A stretch of 64,000 nt of DNA from the human T2T-CHM13v2.0 reference genome, Homo sapiens. Both the position numbers and the translations under genes were made by a program. The stretch lies in assembly GCF_009914755.1 (NCBI RefSeq), contig NC_060932.1; one strand, given 5' to 3'. How positions within the stretch are numbered: the stretch's first letter is position 1; every line of letters starts with the position of its first letter. Positions 31,016 through 47,420 of the stretch are shown one piece after another. The notes under the pieces were generated by a model. It was not told where the DNA came from and did not search any database. It saw nothing but the letters and a program-made list of their open reading frames with translations.

Positions 31016-31509
31016 TAAATATACTGTATGAATACATGTTTAAAAAAATAATTCTGGATGAAATGTATACAACATTTTAAATAAATTTCCCTATTTGTTT
31101 TTAACAACAGCTTGAGTTGGATTTTATTTTACTTCTACTTCAAGCATTCTAATGATATGCTCCCTAAGGCTGAATACCTTAAGATAATTGAGGAGACATA
31201 TTACTCTCTATTTCTCCACATCAGAGATACTACACATACTTTTTCCTAGTACAACAGCACAGTCTAAGGAACTTGTTCCTAGTACAATAGCACAGTCTAA
31301 GCACATAGACTTACATTAACTCATCCCATGAAATAGACTCCAGTGCTTGGTTTTGACCAAACACATCTAATCCAGTTCCTCTCCTAACTATAACTACCAG
31401 GTGTTTCAGATATTTTAATATCTCTTTCTGGAGCTTAGGAAACTAGAAAGGACTCTCTATGAATTATACGAGATTTTTACAAACTGTAGTTTCGCATCTT
31501 CACACCATG

Positions 31510-31660
31510 ATATGGCCAACATACAATCAGAATTTTGAAGTGGGAGAAATGTTGTCTAATTATCATCTCCTATTTTACAACAGAGAAGTAAAATGACTTT
31601 CCCAGATCACAAACTGAGAGGAAGGTCTAAAATCCAGTCTCTTAAATTCAAGTTTAATGC
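31510..31660 (-). mobile_element. MIR fragment
   Basis: ctcctattttacaacagagaagtaaaatgactttcccagatcaca core. Confidence 0.55.
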
Positions 31661-32339
31661 ATTTTTTATTATATCCTATGGCCAAATAGCTAATAAAAAT
31701 GTGCTAAAGTGCCTTTGAAAGATTCATATGAATTCCAAGTCCATGAAATGTCGACACCCTGCCCACTACAGTTCATGTTGCCTTGCAAGTGGTACTACAA
31801 TATGCATGAAGAATATCCACTTTGATCTGTAAAAACAAAAGCTGGGGGTTGCACAAGCCAACAACAAGCATCCATATAGACATTGTTTAATGGACGAGAA
31901 CAAATAGCTCCCGTTCTGATTAAAGAGCTTTTTGCAATGGCTGCAGAGTGTGCTCATAAATGTAATTTACTCTCTGGTTGTCAAGGCCTCCTGACTAATT
32001 GTTTCCTGGTCCCTTGATTGTCTTAAATAACCATTGTTGACTGGCTTAAAATATCAGGTGGCTGAATGGAACAGTAATATAGAATGCATATTTTCCAGAA
32101 CAGTTTTGTAAATCTGGAGGATACATCATTTCCATCAAAAAGGTAAAACAGCACAGACATGTGTCAAGCTCACAAATAAATTCTTTCTACCAACCATGAG
32201 GAAAAAAAACAAAACAGAAATCCCCAAATTTACATCCAAAAACAAAAAGATGTTATATCTCCAGATTCTGTGGCTTCCTCATGAGTAAAACTTCTCGTGA
32301 TCTTTCTTTGTGTATGGCTTGGCCATGGCATTGACCAAG

Positions 32340-32520
32340 GTGATGAAATGACTGGGTTGGAATCCTAGCTCCTCCACTGTAACCCTGGACGAGTTTTCTA
32401 ACCTCATCTGTACAATGGAATTAATAATAATTTCTACCTCAGCTAACTACTTTATTTCTAATCCAGCATTCACCTGGTCTGTTAGCAACCAACAGGTGCT
32501 CAATAAATGCATATTAGCCA
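32340..32520 (+). mobile_element. MIR fragment
   Basis: ctgggttggaatcctagctcc...aacctcatctgtacaatggaattaataataa...gtgctcaataaat. Confidence 0.65.
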
Positions 32521-32875
32521 TAAATCATGCACTCTGCTCTACTGGGGATCACACAGAGATAAGTAAAACATAGTCTCATAATAGAATGGAGGAAAAAAAA
32601 GACAAAGTGAGGATATAGAGCACATTGTTTTTTGCACTTTGCAAAATCCAGTTTGGTTCAAATAAATTGTAGAGAAATGCTGAGAGATAATATTGTAAAA
32701 GCTAGTCTGGGACTGAATCAAATTACAATGGTGAGGAACTCTGATGTAATTCTGTGAGCAATAAGCAACAATTAAATGTTTTGAGCAATGTAGTCATGAG
32801 AGTGCAACTTGGCTCTAAGAATATTAATTTAATCATGGTGTATGAACATATGAATTGGAAGGGAAAGACTGGTAG

Positions 32876-33296
<421 letters not shown>

Positions 33297-35154
33297 CGGA
33301 GCTTTCTTTTCAGAGGAAGAGATGTATGAAATATAAAAACACAAATATTAGTATGGTCAGGTCATGTTAAGTTTTATGAAGAATAACAGTGCAGGGTTAG
33401 AGAATAGAGTAAGGTGAGGATTTATTTTATCTATAATGGCCTCTAAATATAAATACACTGAAAAGATTAATTTTGAGCAAAAACTATATCAAGTAAAAAG
33501 TCTTTGGGGCAGAAGAAAGCTTTCATTGCTGGAAGAAGAACAAGGCTGCTGGAATAGCTAGAAAGGAAGGAGAAGCCCAGGAAGAAGCAGGAGATGAATT
33601 CTAAGAGGAAAGAGAGGTTCAAGTCCTTCAAAGTCTTTTGGGACGCTGTCAGGAATTCAGATTTTATCCTGAAACATTGATGGGTGTGCTTAGATTTCTT
33701 CCACGCTCTAGAATTCTTTGATCTTATTGTTTCTACCTTCAGTTTCCAAACTATTATCTCCTTCCCACTAAAACTCCATCCCTAACCTTTCATGAAAGGA
33801 GACCTCAGTTCCATCGAGGCATCCTGAGGGATTTTATCACTAAACAAGTGTAGTCAGTTGTTACTTTTGGCATTAGTTTCTGTTTTGTTATTTGTCTTTG
33901 GCTTAGTCTTATTTTAAATGTGTCAGCCTGTCTTCTGCTGCTCCATGAGGAAATCACCAATGAATTTTGAACTTGTTTGAGCTCACTATGGCATTAGTAG
34001 CCACTGGGAGGAAACCAAGAAGGAAAAGGGTAATAGAAGGGAAAAAAGTGAGTCAAAACTTTGAGATTTGGGTGCCCCCATATAGAAATTCTTTGCCCAC
34101 TTCCAGCCTTTAAAAGTCAGGGTATGATTTTTTACACAAAGCCTTAGTCTTCCTTCTAAGGAGAGTAAAAGTTACTTTAGCCATTCATTGTTCTGCCCAG
34201 CTACAGTTCTTCACAGAGCAGTGCCTGAATACTCTTCTGATTTCTGCATGAGCTACTAAATCATCTCTCTGCTTAAGGGTATTTTTGTTGTATTATATTT
34301 ATTATATCATATCATATATTACATTAGTTTATCCTAATGAAATTTTTTCCCTTTCCTAAACAGTTAGGAACTGGTTGCCATGCAAGAAATATCTGTGGAG
34401 GTAGTTTTTTGGGTGAATAGAAGAGGAAATCAAAGGAACTGTTCTATCAAAGACAATGTCTCCAGCCTCAGAGGTGCCACATTTGTCTTTCCAATGGCCC
34501 TCAGTAAAGGCTGCCATCAGCCAAGTCTGCACAATGACTTTGACTTTCAAATATAAACCTGACCCTGCAGGCTCACCACCACTACCGCTATCACATTATC
34601 AATTCAGATGAACAGGACATATGCATAGAAAGAAGACAATATAGCATAGCAAAGCCACTTGCAAATGTAGTGGAATAGACCATACATGTGAAAGAGACCA
34701 TAATGGTGGGAAGAATCACGAACGCACACATAGAGGGCTTTAGAGAGCAGAGGAATCTTGGGATTTGAAGAAGAGAAGAATGAAAATAGGTGCTGATAGG
34801 TGGGAGTGGGCTGAATGCTAACAGGTATTATACACAAACTGGTTTTAGGAAACTAAATTTGGCATTGAAACAGCATAAATTGGAGGGAGGATACTTAATA
34901 AAAGAAACTCAGGAGTGTCTCAAAAAAGGAAATGGCAAGAGTCTGGGTGATGATACTTAGATGGGAAGGTAAAGATACATCCAGCACTAGGAAGTTATTT
35001 TTTAATTTTTTTATTAGATTTAGGACTTGCTTTAATTAAACAATCACAGACATAAACTGTTAAAGTTCTAATGGACTCTAGAATTTGTCCTATCCATTCA
35101 ATTTATTTTTCAGACAAGAAAAATGGAATTCATATTAAGAATTATTAACTTTTT

Positions 35155-35439
35155 GGTTGGGCGTGGTGGCTCACACCTGTAATCCCTGCACTTTGGGAGG
35201 CCGAGGCGGGTGGATCACGAGGTTAGGAGATCGAGACCATCCTGGCTAACGTGGTGAAACCCTGTCTCTACTAAAAAAAAAATACAAAAATTTAGCCAGG
35301 CATGGTGGCGGGCACCTGCAGTCCCAGCTACTTGGGAGGCTGAGGCAGGAGAATGGTGTGAACCCAGGAGGCAGAGGCTGCGGTGAGCCCACATGCGCCA
35401 CTACACTCCAGCCTGGGTGAAAGAGTGAGACTCTGTCTC

Positions 35440-35468
<29 letters not shown>
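35155..35468 (+). mobile_element. AluY/Sc8-like
   Basis: gagatcgagaccatcctggctaac, gaatggtgtgaacc, long pure A tail, and a perfect 18-bp TSD aagaattattaacttttt (35137-35154 and 35467-35484). Confidence 0.93.
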
Positions 35469-35470
<2 letters not shown>

Positions 35471-35743
35471 ATTATTAACTTTTTCATACTTTAGTTAAAA
35501 ATTACTTTAACTAAAAGTATAATTTTAGTTAAAAATTACTTTAAAAGTATACTTATACCTATCTCTCTTATTTAAAAAAATCCTGGTGAAATGAAATAAC
35601 TCTCTAGAAAAACATAACATAAATGGGCTGAAGATGAAAAAAGGAAGTCTCAATAAAACAATAAACTAAGAAGAAATGGTAAACGATACCCAATAGTTAT
35701 TTCAGAAAAGGTGCCAATTCAAAACGGTTTTATGCGTTAATTA

Positions 35744-36076
<333 letters not shown>

Positions 36077-36923
36077 TTATTATATTAACTGTTTTAGAAC
36101 ATAGACAAAGAGAAGTTCCAAATCATTTAATAAATTCCTCAAAACCCAATGCCAAAATCTGACAAATTATGAATTTTAAAAATTATAGTCTAATCCTACG
36201 TATTTATACCAAGCCTTTTATTCTTAACAAACATTAAGAATTCAAGCCCAGAAGTTTACTGTAAAAATACATTAAAACCAAGTAAAATTTACTCCACTGA
36301 TGTAAAAATGGTTCAACTCTACTAACTCAAAATGTTATTAGCTCAATTTCGTAAAAACATAACACCATACAATAAATTCCTAAATTATATTTGCCAAATC
36401 AATGCTATTTTATATAGTTTTCAAAGTATATATATATTTATATATATATATTTCAAACTATATAAAACATTAAATTAGAAAAATCCCACGCAAAAAGGAA
36501 TAGGAGTAAAAGTTGATTTTTTTTAACATGATGAGTATCATTTATCTCAAGCAGGACCATATACTACACTTTAACAAAAATGCCTCTCATGTTTTATAAC
36601 CTAGGAATAAGGCAGACACCCTGCTGTCACTACCACTGGCAGGTACACCTGCTATTACTACTATTACTTTGCATTGTTCTGGAAGTTTCAGGCAATGTAA
36701 TAGTGATTAAAATAAAGTTTAGGTATTAGAAATAAGATCCAACCTTTTTATTATTATAATAGTATTTTCTAATGCCTGCATGAAAAACCAAGGTAATCAA
36801 CTAAGATATTAGAAATATTCAGAATCTAGAAAATCATGAATCCAGTAAATATACAAAAAATCCTCTTTACCTCTAAAAACTAATCAGAAAATATAGGGAA
36901 ATGACTGTAGTCATAAATGTTTA

Positions 36924-37267
<344 letters not shown>

Positions 37268-37299
37268 TTGATAATAAATCTAGCAATAATTGTAACAAT

Positions 37300-37480
37300 T
37301 GCACTCATTTATTGAACAGTTATGACATCGGGCATTATGCTAAATGCTTTTACATATATTATCTCATTTAACACATAATAGATTCCTATAAAGATAGTTA
37401 CTATTATTAATCCCAACAAGAAGAGAAAACTTAGACTTCATAAGATTAAGCGACTTGCCTAAGTTTACAAGTGAGTAAAT
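37300..37480 (-). mobile_element. MIR fragment
   Basis: ggcattatgctaaatgcttttacatatattatctcattta...gattaagcgacttgcctaag. Confidence 0.7.
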
Positions 37481-38129
37481 ATACAAAGGTATGAAAATAA
37501 TGTTCAAATTTTATTAAGTGGCCCAAAATAAAGCCTGAATAAATTGAGGAATATAGTATATCCTTGAATAAGAAGATTCAATACCATAAGATATCTGTTT
37601 CCCAATATACATGCACAAGTTAAATTCTAAAGTATATTAAGAAGCATTAGGAAGTGATCATAACTAAGCATTTGCAGAGGAAGAAAATGAAGCAGGCTGG
37701 GAAGTCTCAATTGTGAATTTTCAGATAAATGAAATAAGCCACCAAAGGCCGTGAAAGTGTACTGGATGACCTGGGAAAATATTTATCACACAAATGTATG
37801 TGAAAAAGCAGGATGCAATATTTTGTATGTGGTACTATTTCTAACAGCAGTGCTATTTGCAGCCCTGTGTCCTTCTCATACTTTTCTCCCCTTGTGGCTT
37901 CCATAGCTTCTTCAAAGAGACCATGTCTTCTGGCTCACAAAGAATGGCATTTCTCATCCTATTTTTCTGTTTCCTGAAATAAGTAATTTTCATAGATGGG
38001 ATGTGCCATGGGGTCTTAAGTATGGTTGTGAATTTGTCTGACTCCATATATATTCTCCATAGGTTTAAAGAGTATGTGGCATGCGTGTGCTAGATGCAAA
38101 CTCAGGATTGAGGCAAGTTCTCTCTAGAC

Positions 38130-38914
<785 letters not shown>

Positions 38915-41900
38915 TCACATCAAAGCAGCAATTTGCCACAGTAGCAGATGGAGAAATTCTCCAGGTAATTGGTCAGATGAGGGGATGAGGGCCAAGAGAG
39001 ATCCTGCTCAGCATGTCCACAGCAGATTGCTAGAGAATTAATTCCTAGTTCTTAGTGACCACGATACTAATTGTCTGTGGACCATGTGGGTTAGTTTCTA
39101 CTTTGATTTCTGAAGGAAAGAGAAGCAAGCCTGACTTTCTTTAATGAGTGAAAGGGGACTTGTGATATTTGAACAAAAAGAATATGGTGAAGAGGGATAT
39201 AAACCGCACAAGCTGTGGTCAAGGGGACACCCAGGCTTCTTGGATGCACTTCCTCTGCCCCTGCCACTAAATTGCCCTTAGGTCTGGATTTTCTGTTTCT
39301 GACTGAATGTAGGCCAGGCCTCTTATAGCTAAGCAATGTTTGTGACCTGGTCCAGAATTATACTTGTGTCATAAGGTTTTCTAGGTTTTTCTGATATGAG
39401 GTGTTTGTATGTGCTGGGCCCTGTGCTAATTGTCCTGTGTGCATTGCAGTGTATCAATACTCAAAACTATGCTGCAATGTAATCCTACTATTACACCCAT
39501 CTTACAACTAAGGATGGAATGGGTGAAGTGCATTATCAGTGCCCAGCTTCTAAAGTAGAGAAAATTACAGAATTAGGGAGGAAAATAAGGAAAGAAAACC
39601 TAGTGTTCTCTTGGTTGGGTTGGAAAATATCCTAATGAACAAGATATGGGGAGATATGGAAGGAAAGAAAACTGTTAGCATTGATAAAGAAGGCCTTGTC
39701 ATGTCAGACTAAAGTTTGCTTTATATTGTCACTATTACTGATTTTTAATCTTTAATGTAATTTGCTGACCCATTTTCCTGGATATGAGGAATTTGCTTAT
39801 ATACTGAGACAGGTCCTTTGTGCCATTTAAGTGGACCAAGGGGAAAAATCAACTTTTCTCAACCAATCCAAAAGATTACAGTTGAAGCATAAAGTTCATT
39901 TCATAGTATGCTAATAATAGACAGGCATATTAAGCAGAAGAGCTCACAGGTGTATCCTCAGATGTGAGTGGTACTCCCTTTTCAGGTAGAGGCTAGAGAA
40001 CAAATTAAGGTGTCTGGCTACTAGCTTCTTTCTCATGGTCCCAAGATGTTCTTTTTCATGGGCAAACCAGGATAGAGCTGAGCCTCCGTCTCCTACCTTT
40101 GCTCCTCTTCTTTGACCAGTAGAAGAGATGAAATACAGGAGCAGCTACAGTCCCCAGCCTGCACCACGTTCTCCTGTTTCCTTTCTGGCCTACAGTTAAA
40201 TGGTTGGAATTGTAGCTCCCAAAACTCAGCACTCCACCACCAGCCTCTTCTACTTTCTGTGGTTTTTTTTCTACAAAATACACTGTGATGGCCTTAGAAT
40301 TTCTGCTGACACAGACCTTGGCTATCTTGTTCAAAAAGTAGAGAAGGAACAAAGTGCTGTCCTAAAGTTCACTAGGAAAGAAGGTTTTCTCTCTTTCATG
40401 TGTGTGGAAGCATCTGCCACCCATCAGAAGTCTCTTTTTATCACCATAGGCCTTCTAAACACTGGGAAATGACCTACTGCTACTGTAATTCACTTGGGAT
40501 GTCTGTATATGTGTTATAATAATATGTTTTTTTCACTCTCCAAATATTTATAAGAGTTTCAGGGGAGTTCAGAATGGCAAAATCACCATCTTAAACTAGA
40601 AACATTTTATGTTGAAAGAGGGCTTAAAATATGTGATACTTTTCAACATAAATTATATTAATTATATTAAGATCCTTGTGATATTTCCTATTTGATGTTC
40701 TTGCCCCTTGATCTGAAGCTCTTAAATACTCTTTAAATAGGGAAATTGCTCACTATTGTTCAAGGACATGCTTCTCATGGGCCAAAGAATCTGGCCTCCT
40801 ATTGAAAGCACTGTAAAAAGCTCCAGACACCTGAGTCTTAATGGATAACATCACATTCAATGACGGGAAGCATTCTTCTGAAAGACTCCAGGAGCTCCCT
40901 TTCAGGGAAGGAGTGAATCAAGGTTAATTTACATTTCTGAACTTATCCTCTGCATTATTGTATGCTGACATAATTGAGTTTCGAAGAGACAACCAAAATA
41001 ATATAGTAAAGCACAACTTTAATGCTATTAAAAGCCAGAAATAGCCATGATTAATTACCACCAAAGCTGAAGGGAAGAAGGGAAAACTCAAGCAGTTTAA
41101 TTAATCATTTGGTTTAGAATGAATACAATCCATCTAAACTTGGTAAGAAAGAATGATCGGCAAACAATAAATGGTGTTTGTTCTTCAGGTAATCAATGCA
41201 CGCTCTTAACCTAAAGAATATCTGAAGTGTCTTTGAGTCATTTGCTTTTATTATTCTTTATTTTTAAAAAGTAAAGAAAATTGACTCTGTTCCTCTGTTT
41301 TGGATAAAATAGATGGCAGTGCAGCCTGAGGGTTTCCAGGAGCCTTTGCAAAGAGATGGCCATCTCATTTCTGCCATGTACACCTACATGATGTACATGT
41401 GCTTATATATGATTTTATCTTGATGTTGATAAAAAATCCTACTGAGGCGGGCCACATCTACAGAACATGGGATGAAAGAGAAAATGTGGTGCTTATGCAG
41501 TGCATTTGATCAATGGGCATAACCAAACTAAACAGCTCTAATGCCAAACTTCATGTTTCAGTTTGAATAACTTGATCAGTCAGCCAGCACCTGAGATTAA
41601 ACAAGTGATTCAAAACTCTCTCCTTGATCATGAGATGGTAGAAAGAAACCAAGAGGTCAACTTCAAGTTTATTGGGAAAATGATGACATACATTTGGGGA
41701 AGATTTTATTTCTCTAAAGCAAACTGAGCAGAACAATCATAGTTGTGCACAGCTCCAGCTACCCATAGCACAGGCTGCCCCATGAACCACCTTACTGAAG
41801 CCTCTTGAACTTGGGGTCAGAGACCTTCCATCTAAAACTGACCTTGTGGCCAGGTTGAGAGGCTTCAGTGGGGCAGCAGCAACTAATGCTTGTGGAAAAC

Positions 41901-43156
41901 TTTGCATTTATCAACAAGGTATTTTCATGTATTATGTCATTTAATTTTTTGAGTTGTCACAGTAACACTCTAAGGTTCTACAGTTAGGAATAAATAGGGC
42001 CAGAATTTGAATCCAGGCTTACCTGACTCTAGGGAAGATCACTGAGAGGAAAGAAATATTCATTTTAACGTGGATATTTGGGACATAGTGATCACCAAAG
42101 CTTGTTCATCCAAAGTATAAATATAAAAAGAAATATAATTGATATTACTTACAATGAATGATTGGTCATTATATCTCTCATCTGAGGTCCCAAATATGAA
42201 AGCCCAGACAAGTAGCTTCATTAATGCAAACACTTTTATTAATGCAACCTCCCTCACTCCCAAGTCTTCCAACTAAAACAGATTCTCAAGCTACTTTTGC
42301 TAAGGAAGTAGCTTTGGGGTTTTACATTCCAGAATGAAAATATGCCTGATCACTTTGTTGCAGATTTCATTCATGTCATCAAATATGAATTGAACATGAG
42401 TACTTTTAGCATGACAGCAATGTATTAAGCATTACTTTGTGGGAGAAGTCTTTAAGCAGAACACTCAGGATAAGATATATTCTAAGGCAAAATAAAAGTG
42501 AATACAGAGTAGAATAACATTTTACTTAGGGGTTGGTTTCTAATGTCAGCTCATAAAACAAAAATAATATACATTGAAAATCAACTATAAAATTTCTCAG
42601 GAAAATGGCATGTTGGAAACTATACCATTTCACAGGTCCAATACATCAACATTGGATGACATAGCCCCGTTTTTATTTGGGCACAGATAAAGGGGTCAGT
42701 TTATGCTTGGGAATATGTTATCTAAGATGTGTGCACCTCTAGACACTGAATGCCATGTTGACAAACTCCATGTGGACACTCATTTCTTGTCCCTAGCCAC
42801 AAGGCAAATGTTTATTGGATGAGTTCTTTTAGCTCTACTATTTAAATTTTCCTTTTTTCCCCTCTCTCCCATTTTCTCCTTTTTTTTTCTCTTGGCTTTC
42901 TATCTTCCTCTGCCATGAGTGTTCAATTTAATTCATTAAAGTTGAAAGTACATATGAAGTAAGTTTAGTCTACCTTTTTGATTCCTACCTACACAAGCAT
43001 GAAACTAGACAGCGCCTGCACTTCAGCTTAGACTTGGTTGATGGTCACATTATGTTGGAAAAGTTCAATGACGATTCTCTCTGGTGCTGCCTACTGCATT
43101 TGTTTATTTAGTGAATAACTTCACCATTCTACCATCGAGCCAGAACCATTTAGAAA

Positions 43157-43280
43157 TGGTGATGTTGATGACGATGATGATGATTTTGATAATGATAATG
43201 ATGATGATGTTGTTAAAGATGATGATTGAAAATTATTAATAATAGGAAGAAGAAGGAGAAGGAGGAAGAGAAGGAGGAAC
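43157..43280 (+). repeat. Imperfect (GAT)n followed by (GAA/GGA)n simple repeats
   Basis: Read directly. Confidence 0.85.
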
Positions 43281-43500
43281 TAATATTGTAATATTTATGG
43301 AATCTATACCATGTGCCAAGCACTGTACTAAGTGTTTTTCTTGGATTATATCCTACAAAAACCATATAAAGTTGGTCCTGTTTTTATCACTCCCAATTTA
43401 AAAATAGAAAAGCCGATGCGTAGTAATTTGACTGAACTAGTAAGTGATACAGCCAGTATTCAAACCCAGACAGTGTGATGTAAAAGCCTGTGATAATAAT
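43281..43500 (-). mobile_element. MIR fragment
   Basis: ccatgtgccaagcactgtactaagtg...agccagtattcaaacccagacagtgtga. Confidence 0.7.
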
Positions 43501-43519
43501 GATCACAGTGTGTGTCTGA

Positions 43520-44770
43520 GTCATCTCCAATCCTGTGCTCTCCACCCCCACCTGCCACTGCCTTCATTTCTATCAATCACCAAGTTAGGAAAATTCTACT
43601 TGCTGAAAACTCAGTTCCTTCTGCCACCTCCCTATTAGCACTGCTAGGTTCAGCCTCTCCTCTCCTCTCCCCTGGGCTGTGACAAATGAAATCTGCCAAG
43701 CTAGCTTCTTTTCACATAGGCTTTACCTCTTCAAACCACTCTTCCCAGTGCCATCAGAGCAATGTTACTGAAAAACAAATCTTTCCTATTGCTCCCCATC
43801 CTAAGCCTGCTCTATGGCTCCCCGTCACTGCAGAGAAATGCTCACATTCTTGAATGGGGCACACAGCAGCTTTGTGACCTTGCTCCAGTCCACCCTTGTA
43901 GTCTCACCCTCTGCCCCATCCCCACACCCACTCGTGGCTCAACTATTTCAAATGACTCTCCCTCCTCTGCTTAGATTAGGAGTTTCTGTTTCTTCTGCTT
44001 AGATTATCTTCTCAGCATAACCATCTAGCTTCCTTCTTTTTCGTTGAAAAGTCTGAACCCATCTTTGAGGTCTCGCCTTAAACAGTCACCTCGATTGTGA
44101 TGCTGTCCCTGGCTCTGGTAGGTGAGGCAGACCCTTCCTTCTCCATCCCCTCACAGTACACTATGCCTGCCTTTAGGAGGGCACTTAATCTCTTGCATGG
44201 TGACTTTCTGAGTGGAGGTCTGTGAGATCTATAAGAGCAGTGACTGTGTAACATCCATGACTCCCTACAACCCAGTCCCCAACTATATTTTCAGCCTTAT
44301 CTCACAACACGTAAGTGGTGCACCTGCTATCTTAAACTCAATCATATCCTCCCTATGCCTCATAATTTATTCCCTCTCTGTAATCAATTGCTCAGATCAT
44401 CCCTTCTGTCTGGACAGACTTATCCAAATCCTCACTTACCAAAATCATTTTTATTAGGTTGATGCAAAAGTCATTGCGGTTCTTGCCTTTGAAAGTAATG
44501 GCAAAAAACACAATGATTTTTGCACCAACCTAATAGCAGCCCAAATGTCACCACCTTCTCAAAATTTTCCTTGCCCAGAGAAGGTGTCTTTCCTTGGAAC
44601 TCCTATACTGCTCTCTGGATCCTGGCCTCATCTCCCTGGCACTTCACCATCTTCTGCTGTGTCTCAGGTTTCTCTGTCCATGGCTTGGTTCCCCAACTCT
44701 AAAGCAACCCCTTGAGTCTTTTTATCAGAAATCATGTCTTAGGCATCTTTGTTTCACCTTTGCACCCAAT
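43520..44770 (+). mobile_element. L2 fragments
   Basis: Pyrimidine-rich L2 motifs (cagagcaatgttactgaaaaacaaatc; tgtgagatctataagagcag). Boundaries approximate. Confidence 0.55.
44454..44533. mobile_element. MADE1 (Hsmar1-derived 80-bp MITE)
   Basis: ttaggttgatgcaaaagtcattgcgg...tttgcaccaacctaa is an 80-bp near-palindrome with TA flanks. Confidence 0.93.
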
Positions 44771-45059
44771 GCACTTATCCTTACTTTCCCTCTGCTTCAC
44801 AGCAGCAAGGTGTGATAAAAGAAGGCATGAATGTTAGTGATGGGCCAAATTGGTCACAGCACTCTCATCCCTCATATTCCCCTTTGGCATCAGAAAGGGC
44901 TCACGAAGCAATGGTGAGCTAAGAAATAGTTAATTTTGTAAAATGGACTGAGGGATGTTCTTTGGTTTATGGATCTGGGTCTTGTTTGTATCAAGAGTTA
45001 TTTCTGTCTGGTTTGAGTGTACTGAACTGAAAGTTGGTAAAGCTCTCGCTGGAGAGTAA

Positions 45060-45620
<561 letters not shown>

Positions 45621-45734
45621 CACAAAGCTCCTTTCTTTAGAAGCTTTCCTAACTCATCATGGCAGAAGAGGAACAGTGATGATGTTCCATCATCTTACTT
45701 AAAGCAAAAAAGGGACTTACTTAAAGCAAAATTT

Positions 45735-45920
45735 TCCGACCTTGCCATTATTGACATTTTGGACTACATAATTCTTTGTTGTGGGGGTCTGTCTTGTGCA
45801 TTTTAGTATAATTAGTAGTATTCTGGCCTCTGCAAACTACATGCCAGTAGTTTCTGCCTCCCTATTACACCTCCAGTTTTGACAACCAAAACTATCTCCA
45901 AACATTGCCAAACCACTGGT
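45735..45920 (-). mobile_element. MER20 hAT MITE, partly deleted
   Basis: tattgacattttggactacataattctttgttgtgggg...gacaaccaaaactatctccaaacattgccaaa|ccactg. Confidence 0.82.
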
Positions 45921-47420
45921 TAGGAATCATTTGATTTAAAGGAAAGAAAAGCCTCTTTGATTGGATAGCGTTTCCAATCTCAGTTCAAGTAACATGCTAA
46001 ATAGAATGATACTACAAGCGTGATATTGCAACCCAGACTATAACAGTGGATCTCAGGTGAGGGGACATAAGAGCAGTTTCCCCCCGGGGTGTTTTCTTTA
46101 GCATCTATTATGTCCAAGCAAAGTATATCAGAACTCTGGACAGTGGTTAGGGCAGCTGAGGCAGTCACATAAATCCTCCCTCGTGAGGTAACACGGAAAT
46201 AGGAGATTTCCCAGGTAGGACATTTAGTTCATGTGAAGCCAATTTCCAACACTTTTATTCTCATAAAATCCAGTTAAGATGGTAATTAAAAGTGTTTTTT
46301 CAGAGGAATAGCCAAAAAGGAACACGTTGAAATGAAATATGTGAAAAAGTAGGCAGGGCCATGCCAAATATGCCATGGTAATAGAGCCAGGTCTTTTAAT
46401 TAATTACTCACATGTGAATTTTAGTTCTTTGAAAATTACTTGTAAGGGAGTTCCCTTCCAGTACCCTACCCCCTCGACACCCCATATAACATCACTACAA
46501 GAAATTAACGTTTAGCCTTGGCCTTGGGTAATACCACCACAATACTTAACAAAAGATTGCAGCTATATGCTGGTGAATTGGAATCATTAATATTGGTATA
46601 ATGACTATACAACCCAACGAAATCTACGGATTAAATGTAATTCATATCAAACTACCAATGACATTGTTCACAGAAATAGAAAAAACAATCCTAAAATTTG
46701 TATGGAACCACTGAAGACCCTGAGTAGCCAAAGCAATCCCGGACAAAAAGAATAAAGCTGGAGACATAACATTACTAGACTTCAAAATATTCTACAAGGC
46801 CATAGTAACCAAAACAGCATGACACTCATGTAAAAGCAAAGACCTAGACCAATGGAACAGAACAGAGAATGAAATAGAGAAATAAACCCATACACTTACA
46901 ATCAACTCATTTTTGACAAAGGCACCAAGAAAAGGACATTGGGAAAAGGCATTGGGAAAAGGACAGCCTCTTTAATAAATGGTGTAGGGAAAACTGAATA
47001 TTCACATGCAGAAGAATGAAACTAGACCCCTATCTCTCACCATATATAAACATCAAATCAAAATGGATTAAAGACTTAAATGTAAGTCCTATGAAGCTAC
47101 TAGAAGAAAACATTGGGGTAATGCTTCAGTACATCAGTCTGGGCAAATATTTTTTGAGCAAGACATCAAAAGCACAGATGACAAAAGCAAAAATAGACAA
47201 ATTGAATTACATCTATCTAAAAAGCTTCTGCCCAGCAAAGGAGACAATCAACAAAGTGAGGAGACAACCTGCAGGTAGAAGAAAATATTTGCAAACTATC
47301 CATCTGACAAGGAATTAATAATATATAAGTAACATATTATTAATATATATAAGAAATACAAACTACTCAAAAGCAAAAACAAAACAAAACAAAACAAATA
47401 ATTTGATTTAAAAATGGGCA

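Noticed and set aside
31238-31301. CRISPR-like repeat, also considered for the two-unit repeats at 45695-45731 and 63208-63264
   Set aside because: Only two units, no spacers, no cas genes, and a eukaryotic context. These are simple slippage duplications.
39186-39260. TATA-like gatataaa as a promoter
   Set aside because: Isolated motif with no CpG island or identifiable downstream exon, expected by chance.
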